From an uncultured Bacteroides sp. (lineage in GTDB: Bacteria; Bacteroidota; Bacteroidia; Bacteroidales; JACABE01): a stretch of DNA of 64,000 nucleotides. The notes beneath the pieces are model-generated. The model saw only the letters and a program-made list of their open reading frames with translations. It was not told the DNA's origin and searched no databases. A program made the position numbers and the translations under genes. The DNA lies in assembly GCA_964634005.1 (NCBI GenBank), contig CAZWKQ010000001.1, forward strand, positions 23,788 through 87,787. Reading direction: 5' to 3'. This document shows positions 1 to 8,838 of the stretch, piece after piece; within the stretch, counting starts at the first letter, position 1; each line of letters starts with the position of its first letter.

Positions 1-468
1 TTTGAAGCTCCCGATAATGTTCATTTTGCCGACTCGCTTAAGTATAAAACACCTAAAGGCAAAATTGTTTACGGCGGTGGCGGTATTATGCCCGATATTT
101 ACATTCCGTTGATTAGCGGAAGAAACAACGATATTTATAATCAGGTAATTAACAAAGTTAATATCTATCAGTTTGCTTTTGAATATACCGACAACAACAG
201 AAAAAAACTATCAATATTCAAAAACTCTGATGATTTTATCAAAAATTTTGCTGTTGACGACAAGTTATTCTCCAATTTTATTGAATACGCCAATTCCAAA
301 GGATTTGCACTTAAGAAGAATATTGATAAACAAAGTGAAACAAAGATAAAAACACTGATAAAATCGCTGATAGCAAGAAATTTGTTCGACGATAAAGCGT
401 ATTATCCTATATATCTGCCTTTGGATAGTGCTTTTAAAAAAGCGGTACAAGTACTCAAAAATGAATAA
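1..468 (+). CDS. C-terminal fragment of an S41-family carboxy-terminal processing peptidase (5' end lies outside the window)
   Basis: Frame 1 is open from base 1 and joins the 88..468 track ORF. The translation FEAPDNVHFADSLKYKTPKGKIVYGGGGIMPDIYIP resembles the region after the catalytic domain of bacteroidetal tail-specific proteases. Judged by eye only. Confidence 0.55.
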   Translation, partial: FEAPDNVHFADSLKYKTPKGKIVYGGGGIMPDIYIPLISGRNNDIYNQVINKVNIYQFAFEYTDNNRKKLSIFKNSDDFIKNFAVDDKLFSNFIEYANSKGFALKKNIDKQSETKIKTLIKSLIARNLFDDKAYYPIYLPLDSAFKKAVQVLKNE

Positions 469-545
469 ACCAAAGTTATAAGCATTTAATAATCAAAAAA
501 AGAAGTTTTTGATTTAGTTTCTTTGCCATAACTCTGTTTTTTATC

Positions 546-1220
546 TTACTTATCCAGCACTCTTACAAACATTCTTATATCTTCAATCGGGCGATTATTA
601 TTATCGGTTTTAACAGATGCAATTTTATCGACAACTTCAATACCGCTGACTACTTCGCCGAAAACTGTATAACTGCCGTCAAGATGAGGAGTTCCGCCTA
701 TAGTTGTGTATGTTTTAATCTGTTGTTCGGTGAAAGTTTTATTCATTCTTTGCGATAACATATCGAGTTCTTCTTTTGTAAAAACTTTTCCCTGAACAAT
801 ATAAAACTGCGAACCTGAGGATGCTTTTTGAGGATTTATCATATCCCCTTCTCTTGCAGCGGCAATTACTCCTTTTTTGTGTATTAAACCCGGAACAAAT
901 TCAGCTTTTATTGTATAGGAAGGGCCACCGTTGCCCAATAATATACCTGATGGAGCATTTTTCGACGTAGGGTCGCCTCCCTGAATCATAAACTGATTGA
1001 TAACTCTATGGAACAAAGTACTGTCGAAATAACCTTCTTTGGCTAATTTCAAAAAATTGTCCCTGTGAAGAGGTGTCTCGTTATATAGTTTCACGACTAT
1101 ATTTCCGTATTTAGTAATTATTTCCACCTTTTTCTCGGTTTCGGTTTTGTTTTGGCAAGAAGTTAAATTAAAAACCGATTGAACAAAAATTAAAAAGATT
1201 AAAACACTTATATTTCTCAT
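546..1220 (-). CDS. Peptidyl-prolyl cis-trans isomerase, cyclophilin type, with lipoprotein-like leader
   Basis: 224-aa ORF with the cyclophilin signature FHRVINQFMIQGGDP and GTPHLDGSYTVFGEV. The hydrophobic N-terminus ends in LTSC. Confidence 0.9.
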   Translation of the reverse strand: MRNISVLIFLIFVQSVFNLTSCQNKTETEKKVEIITKYGNIVVKLYNETPLHRDNFLKLAKEGYFDSTLFHRVINQFMIQGGDPTSKNAPSGILLGNGGPSYTIKAEFVPGLIHKKGVIAAAREGDMINPQKASSGSQFYIVQGKVFTKEELDMLSQRMNKTFTEQQIKTYTTIGGTPHLDGSYTVFGEVVSGIEVVDKIASVKTDNNNRPIEDIRMFVRVLDK

Positions 1221-1310
1221 ATTTCTTATTTTTTTGATACAAATTTAAATTAATTTTATTTTGAACCGATTTATTTTTTTAGTATTTTTATACCCTTAAA
1301 AGTATTTTAT

Positions 1311-1769
1311 ATGCAATCTATTGATTCTATTCTTAATAAATATGAACCTAAAAAAGAAAACCTGATTAGCATATTACATGAAATTCAGGACAATAATCCC
1401 AAACAATTTATAGGAGAGGAAGAACTGAAGAAAGTTTCGTCATTTTTGAACCTAACTATGAGTGAAATATACGGAGTAGTAACCTATTACAGTATGCTTA
1501 GCACAGTTCCGAGAGGTAAATACCTGATACGTTTGTGCAATTCTCCCGTATGCAACATTGTCGGCAGCGATAAAATTGCCTCAAAAATAAAAGAATTACT
1601 GAAAATAGATTTCAATGAAACAACAATTGACGGTATGTTTACTCTTGAAAAGTGTGAGTGCTTGGGATTATGCGGAAATAAGCCATCGATGATGATAAAT
1701 AAAGAAGTATATACCGGTTTAACAGAAAATAATGTTGAGTTAATAATCGAAAGCTTAAAAAATAATTAA
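1311..1769 (+). CDS. nuoE: NuoE/HndA-like [2Fe-2S] thioredoxin-fold electron-transfer subunit
   Basis: 152-aa ORF with the cysteine pattern C-x4-C (RLCNSPVCN) and C-x3-C (CLGLCG) typical of NuoE-family 2Fe-2S proteins. Its stop directly abuts the ATG of the next gene. Confidence 0.8.
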   Translation: MQSIDSILNKYEPKKENLISILHEIQDNNPKQFIGEEELKKVSSFLNLTMSEIYGVVTYYSMLSTVPRGKYLIRLCNSPVCNIVGSDKIASKIKELLKIDFNETTIDGMFTLEKCECLGLCGNKPSMMINKEVYTGLTENNVELIIESLKNN

Positions 1770-3011
1770 ATGCTTAAAGAAACCAAAATAGCACTAAAAA
1801 ATGCAGGTAAAATAAATCCTGAAAGTATTGATGATTATATTTCTGTCGGAGGGTATAAATCATTATCGCTTGCACTTGAGAAAAAGCCTTACGAAATTAT
1901 CGAAGAAGTCGAAAAATCGGGCTTAAGAGGCAGAGGTGGAGCAGGCTTTCCTACAGGGATGAAAAACCGCTTTACAACTCAATCGTGCGATATTTGCGAG
2001 CGTTATATTGTTTGTAATGCCGATGAAGGAGAACCTGGAACATTTAAGGATAGAATTATAATGGAAAACGACCCTCATCTGCTTATAGAAGGTATGATTA
2101 TAAGCGCTTATGCCATAGGTGCGTCAAAAGGATATATCTACATAAGGGCCGAATATTACGAAGCTACCAAGAAAATAAAAAAAGCCATAGAAGATGCTTA
2201 TAAAAAGGGATTTTTAGGCAAAAATATTCTTGGTAAAAATTTTGATTTCGATTTAACCGTAAAATTAGGAGCAGGCTCATACCTTTGCGGTGAGGAGTTA
2301 ACACTTTTAGAGTCTCTGGAAGGGAAAAGAGGATATCCAAGGATAAAACCTCCATTTCCTGCCGAAGCCGGTTTATACGGAAAACCTACCCTGATAAATA
2401 ATGTGGAGACATTATCACATATTCCCGATATAATTTCGAAAGGTGCCGAATGGTACTCAAATTTAGGAACAGTAAAATCTAAGGGAACCAAAATATTCAC
2501 AGTAAGCGGAAAAGTCAACAATCCGGGGTATATCGAAACAGAATTTGGAGCTACCCTAAGAGACATAATATTCGATTTTGCAGGCGGTATTCAAAACGGC
2601 AAAAAAATCAAGGGAGCATTAATAGGCGGTGCCGCAGGAACTTTCGTAAACGATGATATGCTCGATATTATAATGGGATATGATGAGTTAAAAGAATTGG
2701 GACTAACTCTCGGTTCGGGAGCTATTATCGTTTTCGACGAAGAAACTTCTGTTTACGATATATTAAACAATATTCTTCATTTCTTTAAGCACGAATCGTG
2801 CGGTAAATGCGTCCCATGCCGAATCGGGACTACACAACTGCTTTTACTGATGGGAAAAATTAAAAATGCGGATAATAGAGATATACTTTACAGTAACTTA
2901 GTTGAACAGTCGGAATTAATGGCAAAAACTTCTCTTTGTCCTTTGGGGCAATCGCCGGTATTACCGGTTAAAAGTGCATATAAATACTTTGAAAAGGAAT
3001 TATTAACCTAA
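1770..3011 (+). CDS. nuoF: NuoF-like NAD(H)-binding FMN/[4Fe-4S] flavoprotein subunit
   Basis: 413-aa ORF with motifs GRGGAGFPTGMK and ADEGEPGTFKDR (FMN/NADH site). Cluster cysteines are ESCGKCVPCR ... SLCPLG. Confidence 0.85.
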   Translation: MLKETKIALKNAGKINPESIDDYISVGGYKSLSLALEKKPYEIIEEVEKSGLRGRGGAGFPTGMKNRFTTQSCDICERYIVCNADEGEPGTFKDRIIMENDPHLLIEGMIISAYAIGASKGYIYIRAEYYEATKKIKKAIEDAYKKGFLGKNILGKNFDFDLTVKLGAGSYLCGEELTLLESLEGKRGYPRIKPPFPAEAGLYGKPTLINNVETLSHIPDIISKGAEWYSNLGTVKSKGTKIFTVSGKVNNPGYIETEFGATLRDIIFDFAGGIQNGKKIKGALIGGAAGTFVNDDMLDIIMGYDELKELGLTLGSGAIIVFDEETSVYDILNNILHFFKHESCGKCVPCRIGTTQLLLLMGKIKNADNRDILYSNLVEQSELMAKTSLCPLGQSPVLPVKSAYKYFEKELLT

Positions 3012-3040
3012 GTTATCATTAATAAATAAATTCATTGCTT

Positions 3041-3352
3041 ATGTTTGGAAATATGGTCAGCAAAATGAAAGAATTGCAGCAAATTCTGGATGACACCAAA
3101 ATCAGAATGGAATCGATTTATTTTGAAACAGTTTCAAATGATGGTGCAATAACAATAGTAATGAATGCTAACAAAAAAATTAAGGAGATTTCAATAAACG
3201 AAAAACTCCTAAGTATCTCCGATAAAGAGAAATTACAGGAAAATTTAAAATTTACCATCAATCAGGCTATGGAAAAGGCTGAAAAAATCTTTGAATCGGA
3301 GATGAAAGACATAACCAAAGGAGTATTCCCTACTTTCCCATTTTTATTTTGA
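3041..3352 (+). CDS. YbaB/EbfC-family nucleoid-associated protein
   Basis: ATG at 3041 is preferred over the track's upstream TTG at 3035. The MFGNM..KMKELQ N-terminus and roughly 100-aa size fit the YbaB/EbfC family. Confidence 0.7.
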   Translation: MFGNMVSKMKELQQILDDTKIRMESIYFETVSNDGAITIVMNANKKIKEISINEKLLSISDKEKLQENLKFTINQAMEKAEKIFESEMKDITKGVFPTFPFLF

Positions 3353-3390
3353 AATACTTTTTATTTGTTATTTAATTGGTTACAAAAAAA

Positions 3391-3423
3391 AGTGAGCTGT
3401 CCTGATTATTTAGACAGCTCACT
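3391..3423 (-). terminator. Rho-independent terminator between convergent genes, best fit to sppA
   Basis: Perfect 11-bp stem AGTGAGCTGTC / GACAGCTCACT with an 11-nt loop. The A8 run on the + strand (3384-3391) reads as a T-run after the stem on the minus strand. Confidence 0.6.
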
Positions 3424-3435
3424 TACGATTATGGC

Positions 3436-5208
3436 CTAATAAATGTTAATTAAATAAGGTATTCGAGCTTGCAGCCCTTTCATAGTGTTTATATTCTGAA
3501 CTGTTTTGTAGAATATGTAATTATCGCCCAGTTCGCTTTTTATAAGTTTGGTTTTTGCTTCTTCTCCTTTTAATTCATCCAAAATCTGTTGAAAAAATTC
3601 TTTTTGTTTAGGATACTCGATTATTTTATATTCATCAACCTTTGCAAGCGTTTTGGCTATCTCGACAGCTTTATCCAAACCGCCGAATTCGTCAATTAAT
3701 CCGATTTTTTTCGCATCATATCCGTTCCAAACTCTTCCCTGTCCGATATTATCGACAGCTTCAACGCTCATTTTTCTTCCTTCAGCAACGTGAGTTATGA
3801 ATGTTTTATAAATACGCTCAATCTGATTTTGAATAACTTTTTCCTGATATGTCGAAAGTGGACGCGTTCCCGAAACTGTAATAGCATTCTTGTTTGTCAT
3901 CACCGTATCAAAAGTAATACCTAACTTGTTGTTGAAAAGTTTCTGCATATTGGGTATCATTCCGAAAACACCTATAGAACCTGTAATAGTTGACGGACTT
4001 GCCACAATTTTTGTAGCACCGCAGGCTATGTAATATCCTCCCGAAGCGGCATAGTCACCCATTGATACAACTACAGGCTTAGTATTCTTTGCCAAAACAA
4101 CTTCACGCCATATAACCTCAGAAGCTAATGCATCTCCGCCGGGAGAATTTACTCTTAAAACTATTGCTTTAACCGTACTGTCAATGCGAGCTTCTCTTAT
4201 TGCTTTTGATATCTTTTCGGAGCCTATAACAGCATCATTACCTTCACCCCCTGTTATCGACCCTACTGCGTAAACGACTGCTATTTTGTTTTTTGTAAAC
4301 TTTATTTCTTTCTTTGCAGGGTCAGCCTCTTTATATTTAAGTAATGTTACAAGTTCCAAATCCTTTTTATCATCTATACCCGATTTAGTTTTCAAATCAT
4401 TTATAACTTCATCTTTATAGGCTATTTTGTCGATAAAACCATATTTTAAAGCATCTTCGGGAGTTTGAATTAACAAACTATCGGCAATATTTTGCAATTG
4501 GTCAACTGAAATTTTTCTTGCCTGCGAAATTTCACCAACAATATGCTCCCAAATTCCGCTTAAAAATTGTCGTGTTTGCTCTCTGTTTTCATTACTCATC
4601 TTGTCGAGCATAAATGGTTCTATTGCACTTTTGTATTTCCCGTGCCTAATGATTTGCATTTCAACATCGAGCTTTTTGAGCAGGCCTTTAAAAAACATAA
4701 GTTCAGCCCCTAAACCATGAAAATCGATGCTTCCTTCTTTATTTAATGCTATTACATCCGATACGGTTGCTAAATAATAGGCTTTTTGAGAATAGGTTTC
4801 GCTGTAGCTGTAAATAAATTTTCCGGATTTTTTAAATTCTTTCAATTCATTTCTTATCTCTTCTAAAGTTGCTACTCCAAACTGAATATCGCTCAAATCG
4901 AGGAATATCCCTTTAATCTTTGGATCATCTTTAGCCTTTTTAAGAGTTTTAAGTATATCATTCAATCCTAATTCGGTTTTGTTTTTCATATTGTTAAAAT
5001 CGAAACCTTCAAAAGGATTATTAGATGAACGATCATTTACAATGCCTTCGAATTTTATATGTAAAATCGAATTATCAGATATTTTAACTTCCTCTTTTGT
5101 GCTTGAAATAGCCGAAACGATTATACCCATCAAAATTAAAAAAGCTAAAAATAAGGTAATTATGGTGCCTAACATTGAGGCAAACATAAATTTAAAGAAT
5201 TGTTTCAT
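3436..5208 (-). CDS. sppA: Signal peptide peptidase SppA, 67K two-domain type
   Basis: 590-aa ORF with an N-terminal membrane anchor and duplicated halves. Motifs NSPGGDALASE and MGDYAASGGYYIA. Confidence 0.9.
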   Translation of the reverse strand: MKQFFKFMFASMLGTIITLFLAFLILMGIIVSAISSTKEEVKISDNSILHIKFEGIVNDRSSNNPFEGFDFNNMKNKTELGLNDILKTLKKAKDDPKIKGIFLDLSDIQFGVATLEEIRNELKEFKKSGKFIYSYSETYSQKAYYLATVSDVIALNKEGSIDFHGLGAELMFFKGLLKKLDVEMQIIRHGKYKSAIEPFMLDKMSNENREQTRQFLSGIWEHIVGEISQARKISVDQLQNIADSLLIQTPEDALKYGFIDKIAYKDEVINDLKTKSGIDDKKDLELVTLLKYKEADPAKKEIKFTKNKIAVVYAVGSITGGEGNDAVIGSEKISKAIREARIDSTVKAIVLRVNSPGGDALASEVIWREVVLAKNTKPVVVSMGDYAASGGYYIACGATKIVASPSTITGSIGVFGMIPNMQKLFNNKLGITFDTVMTNKNAITVSGTRPLSTYQEKVIQNQIERIYKTFITHVAEGRKMSVEAVDNIGQGRVWNGYDAKKIGLIDEFGGLDKAVEIAKTLAKVDEYKIIEYPKQKEFFQQILDELKGEEAKTKLIKSELGDNYIFYKTVQNINTMKGLQARIPYLINIY

Positions 5209-5389
5209 ATTGTTGTGTTTAAAATGTTAATAATTCAGGTTAATTCAATGCAATTTTACGAAAAAAAACACTTATTATTAAAATTTATTCGTTGAAAAAG
5301 ACGAATTTATAGTTATTATTATTTATTTGACAGTTGTAGTTGATAATATTGCTAATCAGAAAAAGTAAAAGCAGCCCGATAAAAAATCA

Positions 5390-5397
5390 TAAATTTG
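5390..5397 (+). promoter_or_regulatory. Bacteroidota-type -7 promoter box (TAnnTTTG)
   Basis: TAAATTTG lies 24 bp upstream of the GTG start at 5421. It matches the published Bacteroides sigma-A -7 consensus. The motif is short, so support is weak. Confidence 0.35.
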
Positions 5398-5420
5398 CAT
5401 TTTAAATATTTTTAAATTAA

Positions 5421-6431
5421 GTGAAGCATTACAATATACCGATATTTATTCCTGAGTTGGCTTGCCCTTTTCAATGTATTTATTGCAATCAAAAAACTAT
5501 TTCGGGTGTTCAAAAAATTCCGTCATTAAAGGAGGTTGAAAGCATTATTGAAAATCATTTATCAACCATAGATTACGAAAATTCAGATGTAGAAATAGCT
5601 TTTTTTGGCGGTAATTTTACAGGGTTATCGATAAATAATCAAATAAAATATTTAAGAATTGCTCAAAAATACGTTGCTTCAAGAAAAGTAAAATCTATAA
5701 GACTTTCGACTCGTCCCGATTATATTGATGATGAAAATCTCGAAATATTAAAAAGCTATGGCGTCAGAACCATTGAATTAGGGGTTCAATCATTCGATGA
5801 TGATGTATTAAAGCTAAGCGAGAGAGGCTACACATCAAGCGAAGTTTTTAAAGCCATATCAATCATCAAAAAAATGAGATTTAAATTCGGTTTGCAAATG
5901 ATGGTAGGGTTACCAGGTGACACAGAGCAGAAATCCATAGAAACAGCAAAAAAAATAGCAGAATCGGGAGCCGATAATACCCGAATATATCCTACACTTG
6001 TAATTAAAAACACTAAACTTGAAAGTCTTTACAAACAAGGGTTTTATAAGCCATTGGAATTAAATGATGCCCTAAACATAGTAAAACAACTTATCTTAAT
6101 TTTTGAAAATGCAAATATTAAGATAATTAAAATCGGACTTCACCCTTCTGACAAATTAATCAAGTCGGGATTAATTGCCGGCCCGTTTCATTTATCTTTC
6201 AGGCAACTTTGCGAAACCGAAATATGGTACGACTTGTTTTACGACTTTTTTTCAAAAAACAATATTGATAATCATAATTTTGCGAATATTTACGTTTCTC
6301 CCGATAAAATCAACGATGCAGTAGGTTACCAAACAAAAAATAAAAAGTACCTGCTGAGTAAGTTTAAAAATGTCCGTTTTTTACCCGATAATAAACTTAA
6401 AAACAGAGATTTTCATGTACATACTTATTGA
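5421..6431 (+). CDS. Radical SAM protein (ELP3/MiaB/NifB-like core, no GNAT domain)
   Basis: 336-aa ORF with a GTG start. CX3CX2C motif CPFQCIYCNQ after IPIFIPELA, then FFGGNFTG and ELGVQSFDD elements typical of this radical SAM group. Confidence 0.75.
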   Translation: MKHYNIPIFIPELACPFQCIYCNQKTISGVQKIPSLKEVESIIENHLSTIDYENSDVEIAFFGGNFTGLSINNQIKYLRIAQKYVASRKVKSIRLSTRPDYIDDENLEILKSYGVRTIELGVQSFDDDVLKLSERGYTSSEVFKAISIIKKMRFKFGLQMMVGLPGDTEQKSIETAKKIAESGADNTRIYPTLVIKNTKLESLYKQGFYKPLELNDALNIVKQLILIFENANIKIIKIGLHPSDKLIKSGLIAGPFHLSFRQLCETEIWYDLFYDFFSKNNIDNHNFANIYVSPDKINDAVGYQTKNKKYLLSKFKNVRFLPDNKLKNRDFHVHTY

Positions 6432-7110
6432 CGGCAGAATTCCTTCAAAATCTAAAGAAAAACTTTCAGAATACGGTCAATTAATCGAATTTACTGCCAA
6501 TAATTCTGTTTATCAAGCTATTTCGGGTCATCCCGATATCTTTTGTTGTAATATAAATAATAAACTTATCATAGCTCCCGAAACAAAATTTGAAATAATA
6601 AATATTTTTGAGAAATTGGGGATTGAATTTATTTTCGGAAAAAGCAAGCTCGGGAAAAAATATCCCGAAACTGCCTGTTACAATGCAGTAGTTACCGATA
6701 AATATCTGATACATAATTTAAAAATTACCGACAGTATTATTTTGGATTATAGCAAAAACTTATCGAAAATACATGTAAACCAAGGATATACTCGCTGCAA
6801 CCTGATAGCTCTCGATAATGATTATTTTATTACATCCGATATGGGGATATACAATAAACTAAGCAGTCTGCTGCAAAATAAAGTCTTTTACGTTAATCCT
6901 CGTAACATTACACTGCCTACGCTCGATTACGGTTTTTTTGGAGGATGCTGCGGTTATTACAACAAAACTCTTTTTATCGCAGGACATATTAAGTATTTGC
7001 CTGAATATAAGCAATTAAATGAATTTATCGAAAAATCGGGCAACAGCCTGATTAATCTTGCCGACCACCGATTATTTGACGGAGGAGGAATTTTTTTTAT
7101 AGACAAATAG
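6415..7110 (+). CDS. Conserved-looking hypothetical protein, function unknown
   Basis: The track ORF is 6370..7110. The internal ATG at 6415 gives a 231-aa product whose start overlaps the upstream stop by 17 nt. I recognise no family motif; notable strings are GHPDIFC and GGCCGYY. Confidence 0.5.
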   Translation: MYILIDGRIPSKSKEKLSEYGQLIEFTANNSVYQAISGHPDIFCCNINNKLIIAPETKFEIINIFEKLGIEFIFGKSKLGKKYPETACYNAVVTDKYLIHNLKITDSIILDYSKNLSKIHVNQGYTRCNLIALDNDYFITSDMGIYNKLSSLLQNKVFYVNPRNITLPTLDYGFFGGCCGYYNKTLFIAGHIKYLPEYKQLNEFIEKSGNSLINLADHRLFDGGGIFFIDK

Positions 7111-7136
7111 TAATAATTTTGTAAAAAAAATAAGTA

Positions 7137-8837
7137 ATGAAAAGAACTATCATATTGACATTTTTTATTTTAATACTGACTTTTACAAAAAATGTATTTT
7201 CACAAGTAAAACCCGCCTCTATTGATTCGATTTTCTCCGAGAAGTCTGAAATTCAGTTTAAGTTTTTTTCAAATAATAAAAGCGAAATCAACAGATTAAG
7301 CAGAATAATCTCGATAGACAACATAAATGGAGATACTGTAAAAGCTTACGCAAATAAAGAAGAATTTAAAAGATTTTTGAACGAATCGATTTTATATGAT
7401 ATTTTGGGCAAAGAACCTGAAGTTGAGCTAAATATGCTAAGTACAATTGATACAAAAAATATTACTTCATGGAATTTCTATCCTACATACAATGCATACG
7501 ACAGCTTGATGCAGAGTTTTATGATTAATTTTCCTAATCTTTGCAGAGTGTTCAGTATTAAAACATTGGCAAGCGGCAGAAAGATTATTTTTGCAAAAAT
7601 TACCGCCAACCCCGACAGTATTGAAAGTGAACCAAAGATATTGTTAACTTCGTCGATACATGGCGACGAATTGACAGGCTACGTATTGATGCTCAGATTG
7701 ATAGACTATTTATTGAACAATTATAACACTGATAACAGAATAAAAAACATTCTTGATAATTCGGAAATATGGATCAATCCGTTGGCAAATCCCGATGGGG
7801 CATATAAAAGCGGCAATACTACTGTTGCCGGTGCTGTTAGGTATAATGCAAACAATATTGATTTGAACCGAAATTTCCCAGACCCTCAGGCAGGTCAAAA
7901 CCCCGACGGTAATCAATGGCAACCTGAAACTGTTGCTTTTATGGCTTTGGCTGATACTGTTAAATTCACTGTCGGGTTAAATATTCACGGCGGTGCAGAA
8001 GTTTGCAATTACCCATGGGATACATGGGCAAAACTGCATCCCGACAACGACTGGTGGAATTATGTTTGTCGCGAATATGCCGATACTGTTCATTCTAACA
8101 GTATTTCGGGATATTTCGACGACTTGAACAATGGTATAACAAACGGCTATGCTTGGTATCAGGTAACAGGAGGACGTCAAGACTATATGAATTATTATGG
8201 AGGCTGCAGAGAATTTACTTTGGAAATAAGCAATACCAAAAAACCTGCCGCATCAACTTTGCCAAATTACTGGAATTATAATTACCGTTCTTTCTTAAAC
8301 TACATCGAACAAGGTTTATACGGATTGAAAGGTGTGATTACCGATAGCATCACTGGTATTGCATTAAAAGCAAAAGTCTTTATTCAAGGTCATGACGCTG
8401 ATAGTTCGCATACATACAGCACATTACCTAATGGTTATTATCACCGACCTGTTTATGCCGGGAATTATACAGTTACATACAGTGCCGACGGATATTTTCC
8501 AAAAACAATTAATGTTAGCATTCAAAATAAAACGAGTATTACACAGAATATTAAATTAGTGCCTTTGGGAAATAATATTGATGAAAACTATTTTGCCGAA
8601 AAAATAAACATCTCTCCTAACCCTGTAAAGGATATATTAAAAATTGAGTTATTCCCGAATAATCACGTAAAACCATTAAAAATAAGCATTTATGATATAA
8701 ACGGCAAAGTATTGTATGAAAACTATTTTTACGGAAATGCATTTGAAATTAACCTATCTGAATTCTTAAAAGGCATCTATTTTATTAAAATTGAAAATGA
8801 CAATATTAACAAAGTAGGAAAAGTTGTAAAGTTATAG
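7137..8837 (+). CDS. M14-family zinc carboxypeptidase with T9SS C-terminal sorting domain
   Basis: Signal peptide present. Zinc/catalytic motifs SSIHGDELTG, NPDGA, DLNRNFP and NIHGGAE. The C-terminal roughly 80 aa (ISPNPVKDILKIEL ... GIYFIKIEN) looks like a T9SS CTD. Confidence 0.85.
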   Translation: MKRTIILTFFILILTFTKNVFSQVKPASIDSIFSEKSEIQFKFFSNNKSEINRLSRIISIDNINGDTVKAYANKEEFKRFLNESILYDILGKEPEVELNMLSTIDTKNITSWNFYPTYNAYDSLMQSFMINFPNLCRVFSIKTLASGRKIIFAKITANPDSIESEPKILLTSSIHGDELTGYVLMLRLIDYLLNNYNTDNRIKNILDNSEIWINPLANPDGAYKSGNTTVAGAVRYNANNIDLNRNFPDPQAGQNPDGNQWQPETVAFMALADTVKFTVGLNIHGGAEVCNYPWDTWAKLHPDNDWWNYVCREYADTVHSNSISGYFDDLNNGITNGYAWYQVTGGRQDYMNYYGGCREFTLEISNTKKPAASTLPNYWNYNYRSFLNYIEQGLYGLKGVITDSITGIALKAKVFIQGHDADSSHTYSTLPNGYYHRPVYAGNYTVTYSADGYFPKTINVSIQNKTSITQNIKLVPLGNNIDENYFAEKINISPNPVKDILKIELFPNNHVKPLKISIYDINGKVLYENYFYGNAFEINLSEFLKGIYFIKIENDNINKVGKVVKL

Positions 8838-8838
8838 A

